Positions 29,491 to 39,061 of a DNA stretch of 64,000 nucleotides are shown piece by piece. Every line of letters starts with the position of its first letter. Position 1 is the stretch's first letter. A program made the translations under genes and the position numbers. The notes beneath the pieces were generated by a model. That model was not told where the DNA came from. It made no database searches and saw only the letters and a list, made by a program, of their open reading frames with translations. The DNA comes from Nitrospinales bacterium (GTDB taxonomy: Bacteria; Nitrospinota; Nitrospinia; Nitrospinales; VA-1), in contig CBDCXL010000002.1 of NCBI GenBank assembly GCA_965223795.1, forward strand, positions 192,001-256,000. The letters run 5' to 3'.

Positions 29491-29638
29491 GCACTTCGTT
29501 TTAAAATCGGCGCTGTGGGAATCCGGCCCTCGAACTCGCTTGAATGTGAAAATTCAAAAGCGTATAATCGCGACCGTTCCCATTTTTCGGATCTCTGCGC
29601 CATCGGTGCGCCTCGTTTCGGTGTGTCGATATGGCGAG

Positions 29639-29682
29639 AATATAAAAACCCAAGTAAACATAGTCAACATTTTTGTTTACTT
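29639..29682 (-). promoter_or_regulatory. Early lytic promoter overlapped by a putative repressor operator
   Basis: Minus strand TTGACT(29667-29662)-N17-TATATT(29644-29639); inverted repeat AAGTAAACA(29652-29660)/TGTTTACTT(29674-29682). Confidence 0.75.
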
Positions 29683-29723
29683 ATTTTCAACGTTCTTTTT
29701 AAGAATCTGAAATATTTATCCTT

Positions 29724-30224
29724 ATGGCGAAGGATTTTGACACTGAAACCTATGAATTCGATGCCGTCTGGGAAGGGATGTGTCGGCTGGTCAAAAAATA
29801 TGAGCCTTTACTGCAAGGTAGGGAAATAAAGTTCACCCAAAAGCTACTTGGAGATTGTGTAGGTGTGGGGCGCTCTTCAGTTACTAAGCAAAAACGGTTA
29901 AGGAAAATTCCCCTGAATTGGTTTGAGGAATTAGCGCAAAGATACAAAAAATTTGGAGTGAAAAAATCGCAGATTGAAGAAGGTTGGCAAGAATCCGTAG
30001 AAGCTCAATACCTGATCAAAGAGGAATCTGAAACTTACGGAGGCAACCAAATGTCAACGGAACTTCGTGAAATTTACAAAGAGATCGGAGCGTTGAAGCA
30101 GCAGAACAGCGATATCAAAAATCAAAACAACGAGATTATTGAAAAGCTGCAAAAATTAGAATCTCTACTTTCCGTTGAAGGCAAAGCATTGGGAAAAGCC
30201 CAAGGGTCTGGCGGGGCGTCCTGA
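29724..30224 (+). CDS. Putative phage repressor (CI-type HTH plus coiled coil, no S24 peptidase)
   Basis: TQKLLGDCVGVGRSSVTKQKRLRKIPLNW HTH; divergent from the early promoter. Confidence 0.65.
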   Translation: MAKDFDTETYEFDAVWEGMCRLVKKYEPLLQGREIKFTQKLLGDCVGVGRSSVTKQKRLRKIPLNWFEELAQRYKKFGVKKSQIEEGWQESVEAQYLIKEESETYGGNQMSTELREIYKEIGALKQQNSDIKNQNNEIIEKLQKLESLLSVEGKALGKAQGSGGAS

Positions 30225-30463
30225 TCCCACCGGACCGCAAAAAAAAAGAGGAAGAGGAAAAAGAGGGCAGCGGCAATTCAAAAATTGTCTGCCTGCGCTG
30301 CGGCAAAAATTTTCAAATGAACGGACCGGATATAAAAAAATTTTAACGGTAATTTATACCGTTAAAACTGCCAACAATTTTGTAGGAAAATTCTGAATTG
30401 CTTCGGAGATTCGAACTGTGGTATAGGGATGGCGAATACCCACAAACATTTCATGAGGTCGCA

Positions 30464-31750
30464 ATGAATTCGGAAAAGTTTTTTTCTGAATTGGAGCGCC
30501 TGAAAAAGTCGGATGATTTTGACGGCATCATAAAGCTCTGCCCTAAATTCTTCCCCGAATATTCGGCTTTCAATGCAATGCAAGTCGCCATTAGAAAAAA
30601 AATCCGATCTCTCAGGAAATCAAAACAATCTTACGATCGGGAATTGAAACAGCTGTATTCGATTTGCATTTATGAGCATGTTGTGTGCCAGTGGTCAGAG
30701 GAAGACGACTACGATATTGGCCCTATTCAGGCCGACATCGCACACAAAGCCAGGATGTATAAAAATCTGGATTACGATTACAAGAAAATCGGTTATGAGG
30801 AATTGGACACCCTCAATAAAACCGACGTCAAATGGCTAAAAGATATTTGGGGTGAACCTGAAAGCCACCACGACCCAAGGGAAAAACACGCAAAGGAATG
30901 GGATCGATACTCTGCAGAAGCGAAAAAACTCTTCGAGAAAAAGCAGACGGATGAACACAAGCATGAATTTTTTGAAGAATTGTTATCCATCGAAGAGGAT
31001 TTAAAAGATCGATTGAAGGACATCAGGAATGACTACAAAAGCGAATTGAGATCCCTCGGGAAAACCCCATCAAAAGGAGATTTGAAAAGATTAAAATACT
31101 GGACTCGGGAAGAAATTTTAGATGTCAAAAAAGAATTCATCTCAGATATCAAATCGCATGAAAAAGAATATAACAATAATTTCAAATCAAACACCAGCTT
31201 TGAGAAATTCTTCAATCCCATCTTTTTTGACATCGATTTTAAGTCTGATCAACCAACAGAAAAACCTGATTCAGACTACGCGGATTACGACAGAGAAAGA
31301 GACGGATCTGGATTTTTCGGCTGGTTCATCATTTTGGGAATTGTCGGAATTCTTCTTTTCCTGCTTTTGAACGGGTGTGCATCAACTCCGCCGGGGCAAT
31401 TCAAAAAAGAGGAATTGATTTGGGAGGAAAAAATCATTCAATCGAATTATCAAAAAGTTTATCGAGATTTAAAATCAGGTTTCAATAAATGCTTAAGTCC
31501 GACCGGCTGGACAGTTGAAAGTGATCTTTATTCGGACATCAAAGAAGGTGAATTTAATACGACGATAAATAATTATTTCGGACCTCAAACATTTTTAGGA
31601 ACTGTTCGGATAAATTCAGCTGGAGAGAATTTAACAAAAGTTCGGGCGGGAATAGCTCGTTGGCATGAATCTCATTTACTTGCGGACGGCGGACCTGAAC
31701 ATAGAAAAAGATGGCTCAAATGGGCTTCCGGAAATCCAGACTGCGCCTGA
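30464..31750 (+). CDS. AT-rich moron: charged cytoplasmic domain, TM, lipoprotein-like C-terminal domain
   Basis: RBS GAGGT before ATG 30464; TM FFGWFIILGIVGILLFLLLNGC; visibly lower GC; opposite strand to the lytic genes. Confidence 0.75.
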   Translation: MNSEKFFSELERLKKSDDFDGIIKLCPKFFPEYSAFNAMQVAIRKKIRSLRKSKQSYDRELKQLYSICIYEHVVCQWSEEDDYDIGPIQADIAHKARMYKNLDYDYKKIGYEELDTLNKTDVKWLKDIWGEPESHHDPREKHAKEWDRYSAEAKKLFEKKQTDEHKHEFFEELLSIEEDLKDRLKDIRNDYKSELRSLGKTPSKGDLKRLKYWTREEILDVKKEFISDIKSHEKEYNNNFKSNTSFEKFFNPIFFDIDFKSDQPTEKPDSDYADYDRERDGSGFFGWFIILGIVGILLFLLLNGCASTPPGQFKKEELIWEEKIIQSNYQKVYRDLKSGFNKCLSPTGWTVESDLYSDIKEGEFNTTINNYFGPQTFLGTVRINSAGENLTKVRAGIARWHESHLLADGGPEHRKRWLKWASGNPDCA

Positions 31751-31843
31751 AATTTACAATCTATTTTTTAAACCAAATTCCCTGACAACCAACTTTAAGA
31801 AAACCTCAAGCATTGCCTTAACTCATTGAAATACCGATAGTTA

Positions 31844-31859
31844 CGTTTCACATGAAACA
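31844..31859. promoter_or_regulatory. parS-like palindrome
   Basis: CGTTTCACATGAAACA matches TGTTTCACGTGAAACA at 14/16; intergenic. Confidence 0.5.
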
Positions 31860-31869
31860 AGGTTACAAT

Positions 31870-32754
31870 CTATTTCTCGATTTCCAAAACAGCGGCGACG
31901 CTGTTCATGATCCCGCCCAGCTTCCTGGCATCGTTCAATCCGTTCACGTCGAATTGGGCTTGTGTCGCCGATCCCGCGTGCGCGAAATACAACCCGAATT
32001 CCCGGTTTGCCGGTGACACCACGGCCCTCAAGGAGATGGTTGTGATTTGGTTTTGTTCTGCCCACTTGGATGCCGCCGCGATGACCGTATTGGTTCCATC
32101 GACAATCGTGACGGTGATTTCGGACCCACCCACCACCTGGTGCGAACAGCTCAAGTTGGCCGTGAACAAGAAGTGGTTGTCCTGGCTTTTAATGTTGGAA
32201 TAGAACAGGGTGACAAAGGTTGTGGTCCCTTCGCTCCAAAGAGGGATCGTGTCGTCAAAGGGGATCGGGAAGAAGCCATCATTGCTTCGGTGAAAATTTT
32301 CAACTTCCGATTCATGTTCCAAAACCCTGCCTTTCAAGGGCCACTTCATGACCTCTTCCCAGGCATTGCCTCTGCGAATCAGAAGCAAATTGATCTCATC
32401 AAAATCGAGTCGAAAATCCTGACCGGACCTGAGAAGAATTTCTCCAATACCCCCTGAATTGTGTTTAACCGTTACATTGCTCAAGGTGGTCGCATTGCGA
32501 ATCAAAAGCAGCCTTCCTTCCGGGTGATTGTCCACTGCGATCCGGTTGAGATCGTCCTCGAAAGCCTGATTTTCCCCCAGAATTCTGTGACTAAAACCTG
32601 TCGGCGTGACCACTCCCGAAGAGATTTCAAGGATCGAAGCGTCCCGCGCTCCGGGAAGCTCTTTCAGTGCTGCGAGCATGTTTTCCACATTGGTTTTCTG
32701 CGCTCCTGAACTCGCGGCGTTTCGGATCGCATTCAAAGCGGGAAAGGTTGTCAT
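31870..32754 (-). CDS. Tail fibre/receptor-binding-like protein, paralog 3
   Basis: Last gene of the tail module; homologous over its full length to the two upstream genes. Confidence 0.7.
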   Translation of the reverse strand: MTTFPALNAIRNAASSGAQKTNVENMLAALKELPGARDASILEISSGVVTPTGFSHRILGENQAFEDDLNRIAVDNHPEGRLLLIRNATTLSNVTVKHNSGGIGEILLRSGQDFRLDFDEINLLLIRRGNAWEEVMKWPLKGRVLEHESEVENFHRSNDGFFPIPFDDTIPLWSEGTTTFVTLFYSNIKSQDNHFLFTANLSCSHQVVGGSEITVTIVDGTNTVIAAASKWAEQNQITTISLRAVVSPANREFGLYFAHAGSATQAQFDVNGLNDARKLGGIMNSVAAVLEIEK

Positions 32755-33626
32755 GCCTTGAACTCCAGGACCGTCATCACGGATTGCAGGGTCCCGCCCA
32801 GTTTTCTAGCCCCGTTCACACCGTTGATGTTCCAGTCGCCCGTCGGTCCACCGATGCGCACCTTGAAAGTGATCGGAGATGTAGAGCCTGGAGAAAAACT
32901 GTATTGAAGCGGTATCGGCTTGATCTTGTTCTGCTGGCCGAATTCCGCGACCGAGGTCAGAGGATTCGCGTCGGAATCTTTATACAGTGAGATGATGATT
33001 TCTTCGCCCCCCACCGGGTTTATCGACGCATTGAACTGTCCGATCAGCAAAAGCTCATGCGATGCCTTTTTCGGGGTGAACGAAAAGCTCATGATCTGGT
33101 CCCCCTCGCTGCTCTGGGGCTTGGTGTCGTCGAACGGGACATTTGTTGATCCGCTTAGAAAAGTGACGGATGATTCGGTGTGGTGCTGAACGCAGAACTG
33201 CGACTTCGTGTGCGATCGAACCAGCTCCTGCCATGTCGTCCCGACTCTCTGAAGGATCAAGTAGTCTTCCGGATCATCGAGAATGAGATCCAGGTCATCG
33301 ACAAGGAGAATTTTCCCGTTGCCGGCGACATCGTGCTTGACCGTCACCACCCTGGAGGCGTTCTCGGAATGGATCAGGATGATCCTTCCGTCGGGATGAT
33401 TGGTCTGGTCGATGTGCGTCAGGTCGTCGGCGGACGCGTCCGCCTCGGTGTCGATGGAATGGGTCGAAGCCGTGGGTGTCACCGATCCGGACGCGATGGT
33501 CAGCTCGGATTCGGCACTGCCGCCAGGGAGTTCCTTGGCAGCGGCGAGCATGTTCTCCAAATCGTCCTTCATGTCGCCCTGATTGGCGACATTACGCATG
33601 GCATCTTTTGCAGGAAATATGGTCAT
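32751..33626 (-). CDS. Tail fibre/receptor-binding-like protein, paralog 2
   Basis: KELPGGSAESELTIASGSVTPT...NHPDGR...PFDDTKPQ. Confidence 0.7.
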   Translation of the reverse strand: MTIFPAKDAMRNVANQGDMKDDLENMLAAAKELPGGSAESELTIASGSVTPTASTHSIDTEADASADDLTHIDQTNHPDGRIILIHSENASRVVTVKHDVAGNGKILLVDDLDLILDDPEDYLILQRVGTTWQELVRSHTKSQFCVQHHTESSVTFLSGSTNVPFDDTKPQSSEGDQIMSFSFTPKKASHELLLIGQFNASINPVGGEEIIISLYKDSDANPLTSVAEFGQQNKIKPIPLQYSFSPGSTSPITFKVRIGGPTGDWNINGVNGARKLGGTLQSVMTVLEFKA

Positions 33627-34525
33627 GCTGCGATCTCATCGATTGTTATAGAAGAGGGAATTGTCCCGTTGAACCAACCTGTAGAACTATTTCCATTTAT
33701 CGCCCAAGTTCCAGCAACATCCCCACCAATACGGACTTTAAAAGTGATCTGCGATAACGTTCCCGCATCCATTTCAAAGGAAAAGGAATGGGGTGTTGGG
33801 CCGTTTGCTGAAGCTGTGAAAAAAGGTTGTGCTGCTATGCAGTCAGCATCGCTGTCTTTAAATAGCGCGAGAATGATTACGTGATTTGCGGCGCTGTGGT
33901 TCGCGCATACGGAAATATTGACACGCAACTTATTTGAAGGGCTTTTGGGAGTTATGGTCCTGGATAATATCTGATCGCCTTCGGTGTTTTGAGGCTTTGT
34001 ATTATCAAGTGGGATGGTTCCGGTTCCTGTCTGATGAGTTGTATCCGTTGTTCTTACAGACTGGACAATGCTGCCTGTGGGTTTCAAAGCGACTTCTTCC
34101 CAATCAGCGCCGGTTCTTTTAAGAAGAATCCATTTGTCCGTCGAATCGAGAGAAACATCGGCGCCGCCCGCCAGGGCGATTTGACCGGCCCCTCCGGCGT
34201 TGTGCTTGACCGTGACGACCCTCGCCGCGTTTTCGGCGTGGATCAGAAGCAGACGCCCGTCGGGATGATTCGTGGTGGCGATATTCGTGAGGTCATCCGC
34301 AGAGGCATCGGATTCGGTGTCGATCGAGTGCGCGCCGGATGTCGGCGTTACTGAGCCGGACGCAATTGTAAGTTCGGATTCGGCGCTGCCGCCGGGAAGC
34401 TCTTTGCTCGCGGCAACCAGATTTTCCAGTGAAGTCTTTGCCTCACCCTCGTCGGCCACGTTGCTGATCTCATTGGCGGCCGGGAACGATGTCCCGAACG
34501 CGGAAAGCCATTGAACAATGTTCAT
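33623..34525 (-). CDS. Tail fibre/receptor-binding-like protein, paralog 1
   Basis: Same motifs; coupled to gpJ by ATGA. Confidence 0.7.
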   Translation of the reverse strand: MNIVQWLSAFGTSFPAANEISNVADEGEAKTSLENLVAASKELPGGSAESELTIASGSVTPTSGAHSIDTESDASADDLTNIATTNHPDGRLLLIHAENAARVVTVKHNAGGAGQIALAGGADVSLDSTDKWILLKRTGADWEEVALKPTGSIVQSVRTTDTTHQTGTGTIPLDNTKPQNTEGDQILSRTITPKSPSNKLRVNISVCANHSAANHVIILALFKDSDADCIAAQPFFTASANGPTPHSFSFEMDAGTLSQITFKVRIGGDVAGTWAINGNSSTGWFNGTIPSSITIDEIAA

Positions 34526-37500
34526 AACCCTTTCACTCCCTGAATGGTGGCATCGACGGTGGCCTGAATCCCGGAGCCTCCGGAATCGAAGGCGCGGACA
34601 TTGGGGCCGAGCAATTCATCCTTATCGAGAATTTTAACAGAAACGGCAGACCCGTCGTGCAGGGTAAGATTTACATTTTTGATTGAACGGAAACTTTTTG
34701 TAATGGGAAGCCGGGCACCTGCGGCCGCGACCACAAAATCGTCGATGCGTTCCACCTGGTCGGGCACGTCGAAGATCAGATCGAAATTTGAGATCACACC
34801 CCTGATGGTCCCGCCGATGGTCGTGACGCGGAAGCCGTATTTCTTTTTCAGGATACGTTCCAGCTGGCCAGGCCACGGCTTGTAGGACGTGAAGCCGCCT
34901 TGCCAGAAAGCATTGGAATCGCCGGTCCAGAAAGCATTGGAATCGTTTTCCCAGAAAGGATTCTGGCTGTCCTGCCGGTATTCCAGGCTCCAGCTTTCAG
35001 CTGTCACTGAAAGGGCCAGCTTGAGCACGGCATCCAGAAACTCGGCGGCCGGCGTGACTTCCGGTTCGTAGATCATTTTTTTGTAATTGTCGGTCCAGAA
35101 CGGGTCCGTGTCCGGCGGCCAGAACGGATCGGCATCGTCGGTCCAGAACCCGGAGGCATCGCCCACGCCATCGCTGTCCGCCTCAAGATCGCTTCCAGAA
35201 ACGGTTCCATCCGTGATCGTGCCTGGATATCCGAACGCATCCAGATCGACCTGCTCCACAATGTTGTCGATGATCTGATCGCCCAGGTCCCGAATGATGG
35301 ACGTGACGTTCGTCGATCGGTTCCCCGGCTTGTCGAACGCGGCGACCATGATGGTTTTGGTTCCTCGCGGCACACCCGAAAGATTGAACTCGGTTTCCGG
35401 GATGAATCCTTTGTGAAGCTGCGTGCCGATGTCCCAATTGCGGTCCGCGCCGTCGTTGTACCGCACCTGGAAGCCCCCGCCTTTAAAATCCACAGGCGGA
35501 TTCGGGTAATCCCAGCGCAGGTAATTCCCTTCCAGAAACAGCGCCTCAACATCGGGTGGCGGCGTGCTGGTTCCGATTACGGTGTGCGTGAAGGTGGCTG
35601 TCCAGTCTCCCGCTTTTTCTTCGGTGTTGAACCGGATACGGATGTCGTATTCCTTGCCGACATCCACATCGGTCAATGAGATGCGGTCCGCGTCTTTCGG
35701 GGAGAAGTGCTGCTCCCAGGCCCCGTCCTCGCCGGTGGGCCGGAACTGGGTTTCCACGTTGATCACCGAGCTGTCGCGGTTCTGCACAAGACCCAGGGTG
35801 ATCAGAATTCGGGCAATGAATTCGCCTCCCGGAGACAGGATCAACACCGTTTCATCGGACCGGATCGCCGTAACGAAGGGAAGGTCCAGATCCACCGGCG
35901 TGGTGATCTGGCTGTCGAACGGCGGGATGGTTCCCGATTCGGCGGTGTGCACGGCCGGCGCCGCATCGACGCAGGTGATCTTCGCGGTCATGTTGGGTCC
36001 CGGTTCGATGCTGCGGACCACCAGCTCCACGCTTTCGGAACCGGTTTCGCCGAACATGCTGAGATCGTCCACCTCCGGAACCGGGTTGCCGGGGGTGACC
36101 GGCGTGGTGAACACGAAGGTGTCCGTTTCGCCGGGAACCGTGTTGACCGCGACCAGCAGGGTGTCGCCGTCCTTTTTGCGGAAGCGCAGGGAATAGGATT
36201 TCCCCATCTCCATGATGAGCAGTTCGTCCACCGTGACACCTGTGGTGTCCGAACCGGAAGTCTGAACCGATTTCACGCGCCCTGCCCCGACGCCCCATAG
36301 CGGCACATCGTGCGTGGCGCGGATCAAATCGCCGCGCGTGTAGACGATGTTCTCGATGTCCTGAAAGAACGTGTAGGTTTCCGGCCGCAGCCTGGCGGTG
36401 GCGATGCGGTAGCGCGCGTCCTTCCAGGCCTGTTCCGGATCGGTGACGCCGGGCAGCTCGAACCCTTCAAACTTGGTGGCGTTGTTCTCGTCAAACCCGT
36501 CGTCATAGACGATCCGTTCATCCTGCTGCCAGCCCTTTTCCAGGTTGATGAACCGGACGCGCAGCGCATGGATCGGATCGAGGAAGACCTTGTTCCCGGT
36601 GAACCCCCAGGAATTGCGCGGCGTGACGTGCTGGATCGGCGTGCTCTGGGCCCGGTCCATGACCACGCCCCATTTGCCGTCCCGCACGGATTTGGCGGCA
36701 CGGCCGGCGGCGGCGACCATGTCCAGCACCTCGTTCACGGAGGCGTCGAAATCGATCACCATGTTGAACTCGCGCCCATTGGTGGAATTCTCCAGGTGCC
36801 AGTCCTGCAGGTTGGTCAGATCGACTCTCGAATCGGCCACCGCCTTGGCATTGCCGGCATCCTGCAGCACGGAGCGGAACAGATCCGCCGGATTGCTGGT
36901 CGGCTGGTCGGCCACCCAGGTTGCGCCGTTCCAGGATGTGTGCAGGGACTGCACTTCCCCGTTCAGGGTGTCCACCACGCCGTTGAGCTGGCCGGTGGCC
37001 TTGATGCGCAGGGCGGTTTTTGCGAGGCCCGTGAGCTTCACCGGATCGCCGCTCTTGATGGAACGCAGCGCCGTCCAGAAAATCGCATCGAGCACCGTGT
37101 CCCCAGAAGGGTTTGGATCCGGTGTGTCCGCGGTCACGCGCCGAATGCGCACGTCGTACTGGCCGTTGGTCACGTCCCACTTGAGGCCGCGGCGGATGGT
37201 GACCGCCCTGGAATCCCGCACGATGATCGACCCGGCGCTGGTCCAGCTGCCCGCCGTGGTGAGCTTGTATTCCACTTCGGCTTCCAGGGTGATCGGCTTT
37301 TTCTCGCCGCTCTGGCCGTCGATGGCGACGATGCCGTTGGGAAACGTCAGATCGATGCTGATCTGGTCGATTTCCGGATCGGTGGTGCGCTGGCTCCAGC
37401 TGTTCACCTGTTTCAACTCGATGCTGAGCGCGGTTTCCTGGATATCGTCCGAAAACAGGGTCAGCGGCGTGTCGGACGGGAACCCCTGCCGGGTCTGCGT

Positions 37501-38199
37501 TTCCACGTCCGTGAAATCGGTGAGCGGCGTTTCCCCGATTTTGAGATTGGAAATGGACACGGGTCCGAATCCCCAAATCACCAGCATGCGCAGGTATTGG
37601 TCGTCGCCGACGATCTCCGTGAACGTCCTGGCGCCCAAAGGCGGGAACATGCGGTGCTTGCCCAGAACGCGGGGCACGATGCCGAACGGGTTGAGCGTGT
37701 TGCGCGCCCCCTGGATGGCGAACGTCGGGCTGTCGCGGTCGGTCTCTTTCAGCTTCGGCTGCGGCACCGGCGCGATGGCGTTGACCGCGAACGAACCGCC
37801 AACCGCAATTCCCGCACTGACAGCGGCCGCTCCAAGACTCCCAGCCTGGAGCCCAAGAAGCGGGGGTGCCGCAATCGCCGCGGCCAGAACCGCGATTTGC
37901 AAAACCGTCCGCAACGGATCGGTACCGCCCTGACCGTTGTCCATGGGCACCACGCGGATGTACACCGTGGCCGTGGATTTGGGCCGCACGCACGGCCACA
38001 GGTGACGCTCGATCTTGAGGTCATCGACGAAAACAACGCAGCTCTGCGAAAGAACGGGGTGCAGACAGGCGGCGTGCACCATCTCCTGCAGGGTCATTCC
38101 CTCCGGCATGCTCAGATCGACGCGCTGCGTCTTGAACGGATGCGGGCAGGCCCGGACCGTGACGGCCTTCTGTTCTATTTCGGTGCAATTTTCGTGCAT
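34522..38199 (-). CDS. Central tail tip/host-specificity protein (lambda J-like, with I-like N-terminus)
   Basis: VPRVLGKHRMFP, GQYDVRIRR, TSNPA, FN3-like C-terminal region; position after the NlpC gene. Confidence 0.88.
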   Translation of the reverse strand: MHENCTEIEQKAVTVRACPHPFKTQRVDLSMPEGMTLQEMVHAACLHPVLSQSCVVFVDDLKIERHLWPCVRPKSTATVYIRVVPMDNGQGGTDPLRTVLQIAVLAAAIAAPPLLGLQAGSLGAAAVSAGIAVGGSFAVNAIAPVPQPKLKETDRDSPTFAIQGARNTLNPFGIVPRVLGKHRMFPPLGARTFTEIVGDDQYLRMLVIWGFGPVSISNLKIGETPLTDFTDVETQTRQGFPSDTPLTLFSDDIQETALSIELKQVNSWSQRTTDPEIDQISIDLTFPNGIVAIDGQSGEKKPITLEAEVEYKLTTAGSWTSAGSIIVRDSRAVTIRRGLKWDVTNGQYDVRIRRVTADTPDPNPSGDTVLDAIFWTALRSIKSGDPVKLTGLAKTALRIKATGQLNGVVDTLNGEVQSLHTSWNGATWVADQPTSNPADLFRSVLQDAGNAKAVADSRVDLTNLQDWHLENSTNGREFNMVIDFDASVNEVLDMVAAAGRAAKSVRDGKWGVVMDRAQSTPIQHVTPRNSWGFTGNKVFLDPIHALRVRFINLEKGWQQDERIVYDDGFDENNATKFEGFELPGVTDPEQAWKDARYRIATARLRPETYTFFQDIENIVYTRGDLIRATHDVPLWGVGAGRVKSVQTSGSDTTGVTVDELLIMEMGKSYSLRFRKKDGDTLLVAVNTVPGETDTFVFTTPVTPGNPVPEVDDLSMFGETGSESVELVVRSIEPGPNMTAKITCVDAAPAVHTAESGTIPPFDSQITTPVDLDLPFVTAIRSDETVLILSPGGEFIARILITLGLVQNRDSSVINVETQFRPTGEDGAWEQHFSPKDADRISLTDVDVGKEYDIRIRFNTEEKAGDWTATFTHTVIGTSTPPPDVEALFLEGNYLRWDYPNPPVDFKGGGFQVRYNDGADRNWDIGTQLHKGFIPETEFNLSGVPRGTKTIMVAAFDKPGNRSTNVTSIIRDLGDQIIDNIVEQVDLDAFGYPGTITDGTVSGSDLEADSDGVGDASGFWTDDADPFWPPDTDPFWTDNYKKMIYEPEVTPAAEFLDAVLKLALSVTAESWSLEYRQDSQNPFWENDSNAFWTGDSNAFWQGGFTSYKPWPGQLERILKKKYGFRVTTIGGTIRGVISNFDLIFDVPDQVERIDDFVVAAAGARLPITKSFRSIKNVNLTLHDGSAVSVKILDKDELLGPNVRAFDSGGSGIQATVDATIQGVKGL

Positions 38200-38588
38200 A
38201 ATGATTCGTGTCGAAAAATTCCCATGATGCGTTTTCGGAATTTCACTCCATCGTACCGCTCGATGCAGGACTGGATATTCCGGTCCGTATGGACCATCCA
38301 TCCCGGATCGACCACCAGTCCCACGTGCACCGGCTGGCCGCAGACCCGGAACAGAATCAAATCTCCCGCCTGCGGTTCGTCAACCTCGATCCAGTTGACG
38401 GTTTCTGCGCGCGCGATCTCCCCGATAGCCTTGTAGTCGAACGGCGCTTCGATCGCGTCCAGGGACGGCGCATCGATCCCGAATTCATTCATCAGGATCA
38501 ACCGCACCAGGCCCCAGCAGTCGGCCCCGTCCATCGTGCGGCCTCGCTCCACAAATGGAATGCCGATGTAACGTGAAACATCCAGCAT
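38175..38588 (-). CDS. NlpC/P60 tail-associated peptidase (lambda K-like)
   Basis: YIGIPF..GR...GADCWGLV ... HVG. Confidence 0.88.
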   Translation of the reverse strand: MLDVSRYIGIPFVERGRTMDGADCWGLVRLILMNEFGIDAPSLDAIEAPFDYKAIGEIARAETVNWIEVDEPQAGDLILFRVCGQPVHVGLVVDPGWMVHTDRNIQSCIERYDGVKFRKRIMGIFRHESLCTKIAPK

Positions 38589-39061
38589 CAGAAAACCCCC
38601 GGGAAGTCGGCCGGTGTGAACTTCGCCGCCGGATAGGGTTCGCCAAGAAAATTTTCCAGGCTCAGTTCACCGGAAACGGCCAGGCGGTCGTAATCGGCGC
38701 GTTTCAATTCAAAATCCGGGAATGAGGCCTCGACCGTGTCCGGATCGGAAGCGAGAACGATTTCCATCAACACCGTGGGCGCGCCGGTGATGGAGCGGAT
38801 CGCCTGCACCTGGGCCCGGTCCACGTTGTCCACTTCGAGAGCCGCACGCGGCGGCCGTTCGTCCGAATCCGAAGGCAGGGCAAGCCGGAACGGGCAGGCG
38901 GTGAACGTATTGGTGCGGCTCACCGTGTCCACGCCGTCGCTGGAAACCCGGATCGGGCTGGTGAGATCCGCATGGTCGATGGTGACCAGCAGAATCGGGC
39001 ATTCCCCGGTCTGCGGCGCATTGACCGCGATTTTGAAGGTGTCGGAAACGGAACGGCTCAT
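38588..39061 (-). CDS. DUF1833-like tail tip protein (lambda L position)
   Basis: LVTIDH..L..PIR, FTACPF.LALP, PADFPGVF. Confidence 0.8.
   Translation of the reverse strand: MSRSVSDTFKIAVNAPQTGECPILLVTIDHADLTSPIRVSSDGVDTVSRTNTFTACPFRLALPSDSDERPPRAALEVDNVDRAQVQAIRSITGAPTVLMEIVLASDPDTVEASFPDFELKRADYDRLAVSGELSLENFLGEPYPAAKFTPADFPGVF

Noticed and set aside
31870..34525. Diversity-generating retroelement or shufflon acting on the fibre genes
   Set aside because: No reverse transcriptase, no adenine-specific TR/VR pair and no invertase. All three genes are full length, in the same orientation and have their own starts.
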